A program made the position numbers and the translations under genes. A stretch of 32,000 bases of DNA from Gammaproteobacteria bacterium (GTDB taxonomy: Bacteria > Pseudomonadota > Gammaproteobacteria > JBIOEC01). Positions 1 to 7,668 of the stretch are shown here, one piece after another (within the stretch, counting starts at the first letter, position 1; every line of letters starts with the position of its first letter). The notes under the pieces were generated by a model. That model searched no databases. It had not been told where the DNA came from and saw nothing but the letters and a program-made list of their open reading frames with translations. Location of the stretch: NCBI GenBank assembly GCA_965279305.1, contig OZ257143.1, forward strand, positions 900,001 to 932,000, written 5' to 3'.

Positions 1-1
1 T

Positions 2-1528
2 CAGGATATTCAGCAAGCTGTAGCTTATTTAGAAAGAGGAGTAGCAGCAGGTTACTATCGATCACAAATTGGACTGGCGCGATGCTATGGTGCTGGGCAA
101 GGAGTTGAAAGAAATTTAAATAAAGCGTTTGAATTATATAATAAAGCGGCGGTTCATAATGATATTTTTGCATTGTTCCAGTTAGGCGAGTATCACTCAG
201 ATGATCGTGTGGGAAAAAAGGATCTTACCAAGGCATTTTCTTATTATATGAGAGCAGCAGAATTAGGTGATAGCGATGCAATGACGCGTGTTGCCCAGTC
301 ATATTTTTTGGGATCAGGAACTACTAAAGATGAAAATAAAGGAATGGAGTGGTTACAAAGAGCAGTCGATCAAAAAAATCCAGGGGCTTGTTTTATGATG
401 TCTGGATTAGTTGGGAAAGGTAAAAGCAAAGAAGAAAGATTAAAAATTAAAATGAAATTGATGTGCGATGCTGCCACATGGGGAAGCGATGAGGCCTTAG
501 ACTTTATGGCTTTCAGTTTATTAGGGGATAAAATTCCTGATAGTGAAATTAATTCGATGATTTTTTCGTGTTTGTTAAAGTTAGCCAAAGCAAAAAATCC
601 TAAAGCACAAGCCATATTAGCAGATGCCTATTTTAAAGGTAAGGGAACCTCAATCGATGAAAATGAGGGAACAAAATGGTTGATTACTTCTGTCGATGGA
701 AAAAGTTCACAAGCTTATTATATGTTAGCCCAGCGCTATCGAAGAGATGATAGGAACCCAGTTCGGCATTTATGGATGTGGTATATGCGTTTGGCTGCAG
801 ATGAAGGTATTGATGATGCGCAAATGGAAATGGGTGTCGCTTTATTTCGAGGTGATGAAACTCCTAGAGATAGACTTGCCTCTCATTCTTATTTGTTACA
901 AGCAGCAGAACAAGGAAATGTTAACGCAAAATCATTAGTTGGTCATGCTTTTATGAACGGTGAAGACAATATTCCAAAAGATGAAGAAAAAGGAATAAAG
1001 TGGTTAAAAGAAGCTGCCGATGAAGGTGAGGTTAAGGCTCAATATAGTTTAGGGATTGCTTTTTATAATGGACATGGTGTTACTCAAGATAAAGCCACCG
1101 CATTCTCATATTTGTTAAAAGCAGCCCAACAAAATTTTACCCCTGCTCAGATAAGTGTTGTGCATTCCTATATGAGTGGAGATGGTGTTGAAAAAAATGC
1201 ACGTGAAGGTGTTAAATGGTTGGAACAACTAGCGGAAAGAGGTGAACCAACGGCTTGTTTCTTATTATCTGAGATCTATTTTCGGGCGGCAGAGCAGCAG
1301 GATCAAAGTTTATTTGATAAAGCTATGTATTACTTAAGACTGTCTGCAGAGAAATCTTTTCCAGCGGCACAATATGCTTTAGGCGATATCTTATTTCAAA
1401 AAGGGCAGAAAAATGAAGGTGTTCAATTAAGACAGCTTGCATTAGCTCAAGGATATACTGCTGGTGATAGAATATCTTTCGAGCCTCTTCCACCTAAACG
1501 TTCAGGTTCCACGGCTCATCCTTCTTAG
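2..1528 (+). CDS. Sel1-like (SLR, TPR-related) repeat protein, 5'-truncated by the window edge
   Basis: The track ORF 173..1528 begins at an internal TTG. The same frame stays open back to nt 2 (QDIQQAVAYLERGVAAGYYRSQIGLARCYGAGQGVERNLNKAFELYNKAA...). It continues the same ~36-aa periodic motif (A..W..KAA.QG...AQ..LG..Y..G.GV..D...A..W). Roughly a dozen repeats are visible. Confidence 0.85.
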   Translation, partial: QDIQQAVAYLERGVAAGYYRSQIGLARCYGAGQGVERNLNKAFELYNKAAVHNDIFALFQLGEYHSDDRVGKKDLTKAFSYYMRAAELGDSDAMTRVAQSYFLGSGTTKDENKGMEWLQRAVDQKNPGACFMMSGLVGKGKSKEERLKIKMKLMCDAATWGSDEALDFMAFSLLGDKIPDSEINSMIFSCLLKLAKAKNPKAQAILADAYFKGKGTSIDENEGTKWLITSVDGKSSQAYYMLAQRYRRDDRNPVRHLWMWYMRLAADEGIDDAQMEMGVALFRGDETPRDRLASHSYLLQAAEQGNVNAKSLVGHAFMNGEDNIPKDEEKGIKWLKEAADEGEVKAQYSLGIAFYNGHGVTQDKATAFSYLLKAAQQNFTPAQISVVHSYMSGDGVEKNAREGVKWLEQLAERGEPTACFLLSEIYFRAAEQQDQSLFDKAMYYLRLSAEKSFPAAQYALGDILFQKGQKNEGVQLRQLALAQGYTAGDRISFEPLPPKRSGSTAHPS

Positions 1529-1534
1529 TGTTTT

Positions 1535-2707
1535 CTATAAAACAAAATAAGAGGCAAGAGATAATCCTGCCGTTACAAATACGGGTGTTTTTATTATCGT
1601 CCATCCCCAAAGTTTATGTCCTAAATTGCATATCGCTAAAACAATAATGGCAGGATAACAAATCACCAGTAATGGATAGATTAAAGAAATAATGCCGGTA
1701 AAACCAATAAATGACATGGCATATGCAGCAATAGTGGTACCAATTAAAAATACATGATAATAACGTGGGTTATCGGTAAATATTTCGCACATCACTTCGG
1801 CAAATACAGAAGCAAGTGCAATAGCCGTAGTTAAGCAGGCTAATGTTACAACACCATTAACCACCCAGCCAGCTTTATTGCCTAGTACTTGATAGCTTAA
1901 ATAAGCAATCAGTTCATCAGAATTTAAATCTTGTAGATTTAAACTGTACTTGGCCGCCAGAAAACAAAAACCTACATACACTAAACCGAGTAAAACGCCG
2001 CCTAATAAGCTGGCATAAGCTGAGTGCTGTAATATGTTTTTTTGGCGAATGGTTTCATTTTGGTTAGTAAAGCGAGATTGTAATGCCGCGACAATAACGG
2101 TTGAAAAGAATAATGCTGCCAATAAATCCATGGTGTTGTAGCCAGTGGCTGCACCATGCCAAAACATTTGAAATGCTGAGCTATCTACCGTGTTAAGCGG
2201 TAAATCGGTAGGCTGCATTAATCCGGCAATCACGATGATAGCGAGCAGTAATAATAAAATAGGGGTTAAAACATAACCGAGAATATCAACAATTTTGTTA
2301 CGCTGATAAGCCAACCCTAAAAATAAAAGACAAAAAGCCCCGTTAAATATCCAAGCAGAAATATCAATGCCGGATAACACCATGGTGGATTGTGACAGTG
2401 TAATAGTTCGAGGAATACCAGCTAATGGTCCTAGCAATGCCATTAAAAGAAAAATAACAAAAAAACCAGGTGCTTTGCCTAAGCGCATAAAATAAGATCG
2501 GTAATCGCTTTGGAATAACATCATGGAAAGCAATCCCAAGAAAGGTAAAATAATACCGGTAAGGATAAGGCCTAAAGCGGCATAATCAACGTATTGACCG
2601 CTGGTTTGCCCAAGCACAAGAGGGAATACCACATTGCCCGCACCAAAAAACATAGAGAACATGGAAAAGCCGGTGGCTAATATGGTCGCTTTGGTGGGTT
2701 GTGTCAT
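1535..2707 (-). CDS. brnQ: Branched-chain amino acid transport system II carrier (LIVCS/BrnQ family) protein
   Basis: 390-aa polytopic membrane protein. The N-terminus GFSMFSMFFGAGNVVFPLVLGQ matches the BrnQ-family signature (GF.LF..FFGAGN.IFP..LG) as I recall it. The ATG is preceded by AAGAGGA about 8 nt upstream. Confidence 0.75.
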   Translation of the reverse strand: MTQPTKATILATGFSMFSMFFGAGNVVFPLVLGQTSGQYVDYAALGLILTGIILPFLGLLSMMLFQSDYRSYFMRLGKAPGFFVIFLLMALLGPLAGIPRTITLSQSTMVLSGIDISAWIFNGAFCLLFLGLAYQRNKIVDILGYVLTPILLLLLAIIVIAGLMQPTDLPLNTVDSSAFQMFWHGAATGYNTMDLLAALFFSTVIVAALQSRFTNQNETIRQKNILQHSAYASLLGGVLLGLVYVGFCFLAAKYSLNLQDLNSDELIAYLSYQVLGNKAGWVVNGVVTLACLTTAIALASVFAEVMCEIFTDNPRYYHVFLIGTTIAAYAMSFIGFTGIISLIYPLLVICYPAIIVLAICNLGHKLWGWTIIKTPVFVTAGLSLASYFVL

Positions 2708-2787
2708 AATTAAATCCTCTTTATCTCATTTTTAAGTAAACCCCTAAACTAACGGCTTTTGTATAGTTATGTCAAGCGTAAAAATAA

Positions 2788-2853
2788 ATCACCTCTCCCT
2801 TGAGGGAGAGGTCGCTTGCCTCCTGCGTTAGCAGGGGGCAAGTGGGTGAGGGG
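2788..2853 (+). repeat. Palindromic intergenic repeat unit, copy A (REP/MITE-like)
   Basis: Sequence ATCACCTCTCCC-TTGA-GGGAGAGGTCG. Hairpin 1 is 2791-2799/2804-2812 (9 bp). Hairpin 2 is CTTGCCTCCTGC-GTTA-GCAGGGGGCAAG, 2815-2826/2831-2842 (12 bp with one G.T). The unit ends in GGGTGAGGGG. It recurs inverted at 2876-2942 and direct at 31208-31267. Confidence 0.85.
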
Positions 2854-2875
2854 GAATCATTAAATGTTTTGTTTA

Positions 2876-2942
2876 CCCCTCACCCGCTCAGCTCCCGCTA
2901 ACGCGTGATCTTCGCGACCTCTCCCACAAGGGGAGAGGTGAT
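2876..2942 (-). repeat. Palindromic intergenic repeat unit, copy B (inverted relative to copy A)
   Basis: The reverse complement reads ATCACCTCTCCCCTTGTGGGAGAGGTCGCGAAGATCACGCGTTAGCGGGAGCTGAGCGGGTGAGGGG. It has the same 5' module, the same GCGTTAGC core and the same GGGTGAGGGG end as copy A. Hairpin 2 is degenerate. Confidence 0.85.
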
Positions 2943-3009
2943 GTTCATTTCGTAGCTTATAGTTATATGTTATTCTAGATGATTATTTAAATCCTCTGAG
3001 GCAACTTTT

Positions 3010-3756
3010 TTGGCTACTGAAACGCTGGTAAAGCTAGACAATATTGGTGTGCAGCGTGATTCGCGCTGGCTTATTCATGATGTGGATTTAGCCGTGCATC
3101 AAGAAGAAATTGTGACCATTATTGGCCCCAATGGCGCAGGTAAAACGACACTATTGAAGGTTTTATTAGGTTTAATCGTTCCTCAGAAAGGCAACATCCA
3201 CCATGCCCCTGGATTACGTATTGGCTATGTGCCCCAGCATTTTCAGGTGGAACCTACTTTACCCTTAACAGTGGCGCGTTTTTTAAGTGTCACTAGTCCT
3301 GGCATTTCACGTAAAGATATTACGGATATGTTGCACTGGGTAGGCTTAAGCATGTCCCCTGAGCATTCTTTTCATCATTTATCCGGTGGTGAAACCCAAC
3401 GCATATTATTGGCGAGAGCCTTGCTACGCAAACCTCAGCTTTTGGTATTAGATGAGCCTACTCAAGGCGTAGATATTACCGGTCAAATCGAACTATATGA
3501 ATTGCTGGATAAAATTCGTGGTGAATTAAAATGTGGGATTGTTCAAGTGTCGCACGATTTACATTTAGTTATGGCAGGCACCGATAATGTTATTTGTTTA
3601 AACCAACATATTTGTTGCTCAGGCCATCCTGATACGGTGAGCCAACATCCCGAGTTTTTAAAATTATTTGGTAGCGCTGCTCAAACATTGGCGGTTTATC
3701 ATCATCATCACGATCATCATCATTCAGCCACAGGAAAGGTGGTGCATCATGATTGA
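3010..3756 (+). CDS. znuC: Zinc ABC transporter ATP-binding protein ZnuC with a His-rich C-terminal tail
   Basis: Walker A GPNGAGKTT, ABC signature LSGGETQR and Walker B LLVLDEP. It is colinear with ZnuC and followed by znuB with an 8-nt overlap. TTG start at 3010 with GAGG 9 nt upstream, so the start is less certain than the frame. The C-terminus is YHHHHDHHHSATGKVVHHD. Confidence 0.85.
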   Translation: MATETLVKLDNIGVQRDSRWLIHDVDLAVHQEEIVTIIGPNGAGKTTLLKVLLGLIVPQKGNIHHAPGLRIGYVPQHFQVEPTLPLTVARFLSVTSPGISRKDITDMLHWVGLSMSPEHSFHHLSGGETQRILLARALLRKPQLLVLDEPTQGVDITGQIELYELLDKIRGELKCGIVQVSHDLHLVMAGTDNVICLNQHICCSGHPDTVSQHPEFLKLFGSAAQTLAVYHHHHDHHHSATGKVVHHD

Positions 3757-4540
3757 TACTTTTTTAATTTACGCTTTATTAGGTGGTTTAGGTGTGGCTG
3801 TACTTGCGGGACCATTGGGTTCTATTGTGGTGTGGAAACGTATGGCTTATTTTGGCGATACCTTATCTCATGCTGCATTGCTCGGAATTAGTTTAGGACT
3901 GATGTTGCAATGGCCTATGCAATTTAGCATTATTGGTGTTTGCGTTGTGATTGCATTAATGCTGAGTATTACACAAAGCCAAACGCGATTAGCCAGCGAT
4001 ACGTGGTTAGGTATTTTAGCGCATAGTACTTTGGCTTTAGGTTTAGTTGTGATGACCTATTTAGAAGGAGTGCGTGTGGATTTATTAGGATATTTATTTG
4101 GCGATATTTTGGCCTTAAATACCTATGATTTATTATGGATTTACCTGGGCGGATGCTTTGTTATTGGTGTGCTGGCATTTATTTGGCGTTCATTATTAGC
4201 TTGGGTTATTGATGAAGAGTTAGCGATAGTGGAAGGCGTACCCGTTAAAAAAGTACGATTAGTATTAATGGTATTAATTGCATTAGTTATAGCCGTTGCA
4301 ATGAAAATTGTGGGTGTATTATTAATTACTTCATTAATGATTATACCTGCTGCCACTGCAAGGCGATTTGCCCGTACACCAGAAATGATGGCTATTGGTG
4401 CTTCTATAGTAGGATGTGCGGCGGTATTGCTAGGTTTACTCGTATCGTTTTTATTAGATATTCCCGCAGGACCTGCGATTGTGGTGTGTGCGTTTTTCTT
4501 ATTTATTTTGAGTTATGTAAAGCCTGAATACGCTCGTTAA
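3749..4540 (+). CDS. znuB: Zinc ABC transporter permease ZnuB
   Basis: 263-aa polytopic ABC-3 family permease (MIDTFLIYALLGG...). The ATG at 3749 overlaps the znuC stop (ATGATTGA). The track start 3668 would add a non-conserved IIIITIIII stretch read out of frame through the znuC His codons. Confidence 0.85.
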   Translation: MIDTFLIYALLGGLGVAVLAGPLGSIVVWKRMAYFGDTLSHAALLGISLGLMLQWPMQFSIIGVCVVIALMLSITQSQTRLASDTWLGILAHSTLALGLVVMTYLEGVRVDLLGYLFGDILALNTYDLLWIYLGGCFVIGVLAFIWRSLLAWVIDEELAIVEGVPVKKVRLVLMVLIALVIAVAMKIVGVLLITSLMIIPAATARRFARTPEMMAIGASIVGCAAVLLGLLVSFLLDIPAGPAIVVCAFFLFILSYVKPEYAR

Positions 4541-5747
4541 TTAGCGAAATAGGGTGCAGCACTTCTATATGGATCCCTTCTTTTTCTAATGCTTGTTGAA
4601 TGTGTAATGCACAGCCAATATTGGTGGTTACCCATTTTTCAGGCTTTTCTGTTTTAATAAATTCAACAATAGGATTTACTAATTTATTGGCTATATCAGG
4701 ATGGCGTAAAAAATTAGTGCCTGCTGCACCGCAACAGCCCAGTCCTGTAGGAACAGAAATAGCAGAAACACCGGGTGTTTTTTGAATTAATTCGCTGAGT
4801 GAAGCCGCTTTTCTCACGCCATTTCGTAAAGTGCAAGGTGTATGTACCACAACATGTTCAGATACGGTATTTAAGGAAATATTGGATAATGATAATTGTT
4901 CAGCAATAAAATCTTCAATAGTTCGTAAGGGAATATGAGGTGTATCTATTTTTAATGGATAATTTTTATATTCTTGCAAAGTAGAATGACATCCACTTGC
5001 TAAACTAATAATGACATCCGCTTGAGATACTGACCATTGTTCCACTTGGTTTTTAGCACACATTTTTGCTTTATCGAGTTGGCCTGCATGAATGGATAAT
5101 GCTCCACAGCAAAAAGACGGATCGCTTTTTTTCACTTCCCATCCTAAATATTCTAAAACCGATTTTGCATCTTGAATAGTTTTTTGATCTAGCACTTGGC
5201 TAACACAAGGTTGTAAAAGTAATACAGTGCCTTTTTTAGCGATAGCATTTTTTACTGGTTTTTTTTCTTTATTTTTTTTACGTGTAGGAACATAACTTGC
5301 TAATGTTAAAAAAACACCATAATGAAATCGTTTAATAAATTTAGGTAAAAAAGGAATCGCTTGATAGAGTTTTACTGCTGTTTTTAGCTGCTTTCTTAAA
5401 TGTGGTTGTTCAAGTGTAGTAATTAATATTTTTTCAAACCGACTAGGTTCATGCAGAGGGCTCATCCATGCTTTAGCGGTTGTAAATAATTCTTCATATT
5501 TAACACCTGCTGGGCAAACTGCTTCGCAGGCGCGGCAAGATAAACAGGTATCAACATGATAAATTAATTTTTCAGTAATAGGCACTTGTTGACGAACAGC
5601 ACCTTGCATCAGTGCAATGCGCCCGCGAGGTGATTCATTTTCATTTTGAGCAACGGTGTAAGTAGGGCAATGCGGTAAACATAAACCACATTTTACACAT
5701 TGTTGCGCGAGTGCATTAATTTTTGCTGGTACTTCTGCTGGGGTCAT
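4503..5747 (-). CDS. glcF: GlcF-like (Fe-S)-binding protein: two 4Fe-4S ferredoxin motifs plus two CCG domains (glycolate oxidase Fe-S subunit / HdrD-like)
   Basis: CVKCGLCLPHCP and CLSCRACEAVCP cluster motifs, then SFCCGALS and GLGCCGAAGT CCG motifs. It is colinear with E. coli GlcF as I recall it (...PRGRI..., ...TTNIGC..H). No glcD or glcE lies next to it. Confidence 0.8.
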   Translation of the reverse strand: MTPAEVPAKINALAQQCVKCGLCLPHCPTYTVAQNENESPRGRIALMQGAVRQQVPITEKLIYHVDTCLSCRACEAVCPAGVKYEELFTTAKAWMSPLHEPSRFEKILITTLEQPHLRKQLKTAVKLYQAIPFLPKFIKRFHYGVFLTLASYVPTRKKNKEKKPVKNAIAKKGTVLLLQPCVSQVLDQKTIQDAKSVLEYLGWEVKKSDPSFCCGALSIHAGQLDKAKMCAKNQVEQWSVSQADVIISLASGCHSTLQEYKNYPLKIDTPHIPLRTIEDFIAEQLSLSNISLNTVSEHVVVHTPCTLRNGVRKAASLSELIQKTPGVSAISVPTGLGCCGAAGTNFLRHPDIANKLVNPIVEFIKTEKPEKWVTTNIGCALHIQQALEKEGIHIEVLHPISLINERIQALHNSK

Positions 5748-5769
5748 AGAGTAAACCTATTTTCATTGC

Positions 5770-6324
5770 TTATTTCCATTTGATGGAGCATCCCATGCTG
5801 GGTGTTTGTTCACGAGGACCAAGGCCGGTTTTAGCTATTTCTGCCATGGCTATTAGTAATTCATGTGCGCCGCTTGAAGCAGCATCGGTCATTTTTCCAC
5901 GACTATCAAAGCGACCACGATACTGTAATTGTAAATCTTTGTTATATCCAAAAAAATCAGGTGTGCAAACCGCGCCATAAGCTTTTGCCACTTCTTGGCT
6001 TTCATCATATAAATAAGCAAATGAAAAGTGATGTTCTTTAGACACTTTTTTCATATTCTCAGGTGAATCTTCCGCATAATCTTCTACATCGTTAGACATA
6101 ATGGCAACTGTATTTACCCCTAACTTTTTCAGCTCGGCTGTATCTTTAACTAAATCTTCTAAAATAGACTTCACGTAAGGGCAGTGATTACAGATAAACA
6201 TCACCAAAAGTCCATTAGGTCCTTTGGCATTTTCTAGCGTCCAAAATTTCCCTTCCGTATCGGGCAAGCGAAAATCAATGGCGGGAGCGTCAAAATCACA
6301 AACAGGTGTGTGTAAAAGAGCCAT
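5770..6324 (-). CDS. Thioredoxin-fold protein (AhpC/TSA-redoxin-like, CxxC)
   Basis: 184 aa. FRLPDTEGKFWTLEN...GLLVMFICNHCPYV is the typical redoxin N-terminal beta-strand followed by a CNHC active site. It lies 22 nt upstream of, and on the same strand as, the glcF-like gene. Confidence 0.75.
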   Translation of the reverse strand: MALLHTPVCDFDAPAIDFRLPDTEGKFWTLENAKGPNGLLVMFICNHCPYVKSILEDLVKDTAELKKLGVNTVAIMSNDVEDYAEDSPENMKKVSKEHHFSFAYLYDESQEVAKAYGAVCTPDFFGYNKDLQLQYRGRFDSRGKMTDAASSGAHELLIAMAEIAKTGLGPREQTPSMGCSIKWK

Positions 6325-6489
6325 GGCTGCCTCGCTAAGTTAGGTTTAATAATGCACCATACTAAACCTCTTGTTTTGCCCTGTAAATCCCCTGGATAAT
6401 CGTAAGTACGATACCTTATAAAAGGGGTGCAAAAACCATCAAAAACCTGTAAGATAGCTGGTTTTCCACCTAGTTTGAGGAAGCAAGAA

Positions 6490-7668
6490 ATGAGCGATAA
6501 ATACCTATTCACGTCCGAGTCTGTGTCTGAAGGTCACCCAGATAAAGTAGCCGATCAAATTTCTGATGCGGTTTTAGATGCTTTATTGGAGCAAGATAAG
6601 TATGCTCGTGTTGCCTGTGAAACGATGGTGAAAACCGGTATGGTGTTAGTCGGTGGCGAAGTAACCACTACTGGTTGGGTTGATATCGACGCTCTTGCAC
6701 GCCAAGTGATCAAAGATATTGGCTACGATAACCCTAAATATGGCTTTGACTGGGAATCCTGTGCGGTTCTGACCGCTATTGGCAAGCAATCTCCTGATAT
6801 CGCTCAAGGTGTGGATGAAACCGATAACCACGAACAAGGAGCAGGGGATCAGGGCTTGATGTTTGGTTATGCCAGCAATGAAACCGAAGTATTAATGCCT
6901 GCGCCTATTACCTACGCACATCGTTTAGTGAAGCAGCAAGCAGAGGCTCGTAAAACTGGTCGTTTGGCTTGGTTGCGCCCTGATGCTAAGTCTCAAGTGA
7001 CTTTCCGTTATGAAAACCACAAGCCAGTGGGAATTAACGCCGTTGTACTCTCTACTCAACATTCGCCTGAAGTGTCTCAAGAAGAAATCATCGAAGGCGT
7101 GATGGAAGAAATTATTAAGCCTGTATTGCCTGCAGAATGGTTAGATAAAAATACTCGTTATTTTATTAACCCCACAGGGCGCTTTGTTATTGGTGGCCCT
7201 CAAGGTGATTGCGGTTTAACCGGTCGTAAAATTATTGTAGATACTTATGGTGGAATGGCACGTCATGGTGGCGGCGCATTCTCTGGAAAAGATCCTTCAA
7301 AAGTGGATCGTTCAGCGGCTTATGCGGCACGTTATGTAGCCAAAAATATTGTAGCGGCAGGTCTTGCTGATCGTTGTGAAATTCAAGTGTCATACGCGAT
7401 TGGTGTAGCAGAACCTACTTCTATTACGGTGAATACTTTTGGAACCGGTAAAATTGATGATGAGCGTATTACGCAATTAGTGCGCGAACATTTTGATTTA
7501 CGCCCTAAAGGTTTAATTGCGATGTTAAATTTAATTCGTCCTATTTACAGAGCAACAGCAGCCTACGGACATTTTGGTCGTGAAGAAGCGGCATTTACCT
7601 GGGAAAAAACAGATAAAGCGAATGTATTACGTGATGCTGCAGGTATTAAAGGAGCTCAACATGTCTGA
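6490..7668 (+). CDS. metK: S-adenosylmethionine synthetase
   Basis: [19 protein letters not shown]..., [12 protein letters not shown] and [19 protein letters not shown] are hallmark MetK motifs. The ATG at 6490 is preceded by GAGGAAG. The track start 6427 adds 21 non-conserved residues. Confidence 0.97.
   Translation: MSDKYLFTSESVSEGHPDKVADQISDAVLDALLEQDKYARVACETMVKTGMVLVGGEVTTTGWVDIDALARQVIKDIGYDNPKYGFDWESCAVLTAIGKQSPDIAQGVDETDNHEQGAGDQGLMFGYASNETEVLMPAPITYAHRLVKQQAEARKTGRLAWLRPDAKSQVTFRYENHKPVGINAVVLSTQHSPEVSQEEIIEGVMEEIIKPVLPAEWLDKNTRYFINPTGRFVIGGPQGDCGLTGRKIIVDTYGGMARHGGGAFSGKDPSKVDRSAAYAARYVAKNIVAAGLADRCEIQVSYAIGVAEPTSITVNTFGTGKIDDERITQLVREHFDLRPKGLIAMLNLIRPIYRATAAYGHFGREEAAFTWEKTDKANVLRDAAGIKGAQHV

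Noticed and set aside
2788-2942. Whether the repeated hairpin units here and at 31208 could be a CRISPR array or a degenerate one.
   Set aside because: Only three copies exist, two of them inverted relative to each other and the third 28 kb away. There is no regular repeat-spacer periodicity and there are no cas genes.
2951-2975. Possible Zur box upstream of znuC (CGTAGCTTATAGTTATATGTTATTC contains GTTAT half-site-like sequences).
   Set aside because: The sequence is not a palindrome and matches the remembered GAAATGTTATAWTATAACATTTC consensus only at scattered positions. I am not confident enough to call a regulator site.
3668-3748. Longer znuB start (track ORF 3668), and likewise the longer starts for metK (6427), ahcY (7574), the FTR1 gene (13338) and the 2OG oxygenase (20294).
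   Set aside because: In each case the extension overlaps the upstream gene or a promoter/Fur box and is non-conserved. A downstream ATG coincides with the conserved family N-terminus and a better Shine-Dalgarno or stop/start overlap.
5259-5279. Two T8 homopolymer runs inside the glcF-like gene (A8 on the coding strand, encoding KKNKEKK) as a phase-variation switch.
   Set aside because: The runs encode a Lys-rich interdomain linker in an AT-rich genome. The frame is intact, and nothing about a cytoplasmic Fe-S protein suggests contingency-locus behaviour.
6325-6489. Possible SAM-responsive riboswitch in the 165-nt region upstream of metK.
   Set aside because: The region is AT-rich, and I found neither the SAM-II pseudoknot elements nor an SAH-type core. 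It is shared with the divergent redoxin gene and is adequately explained by two promoters.
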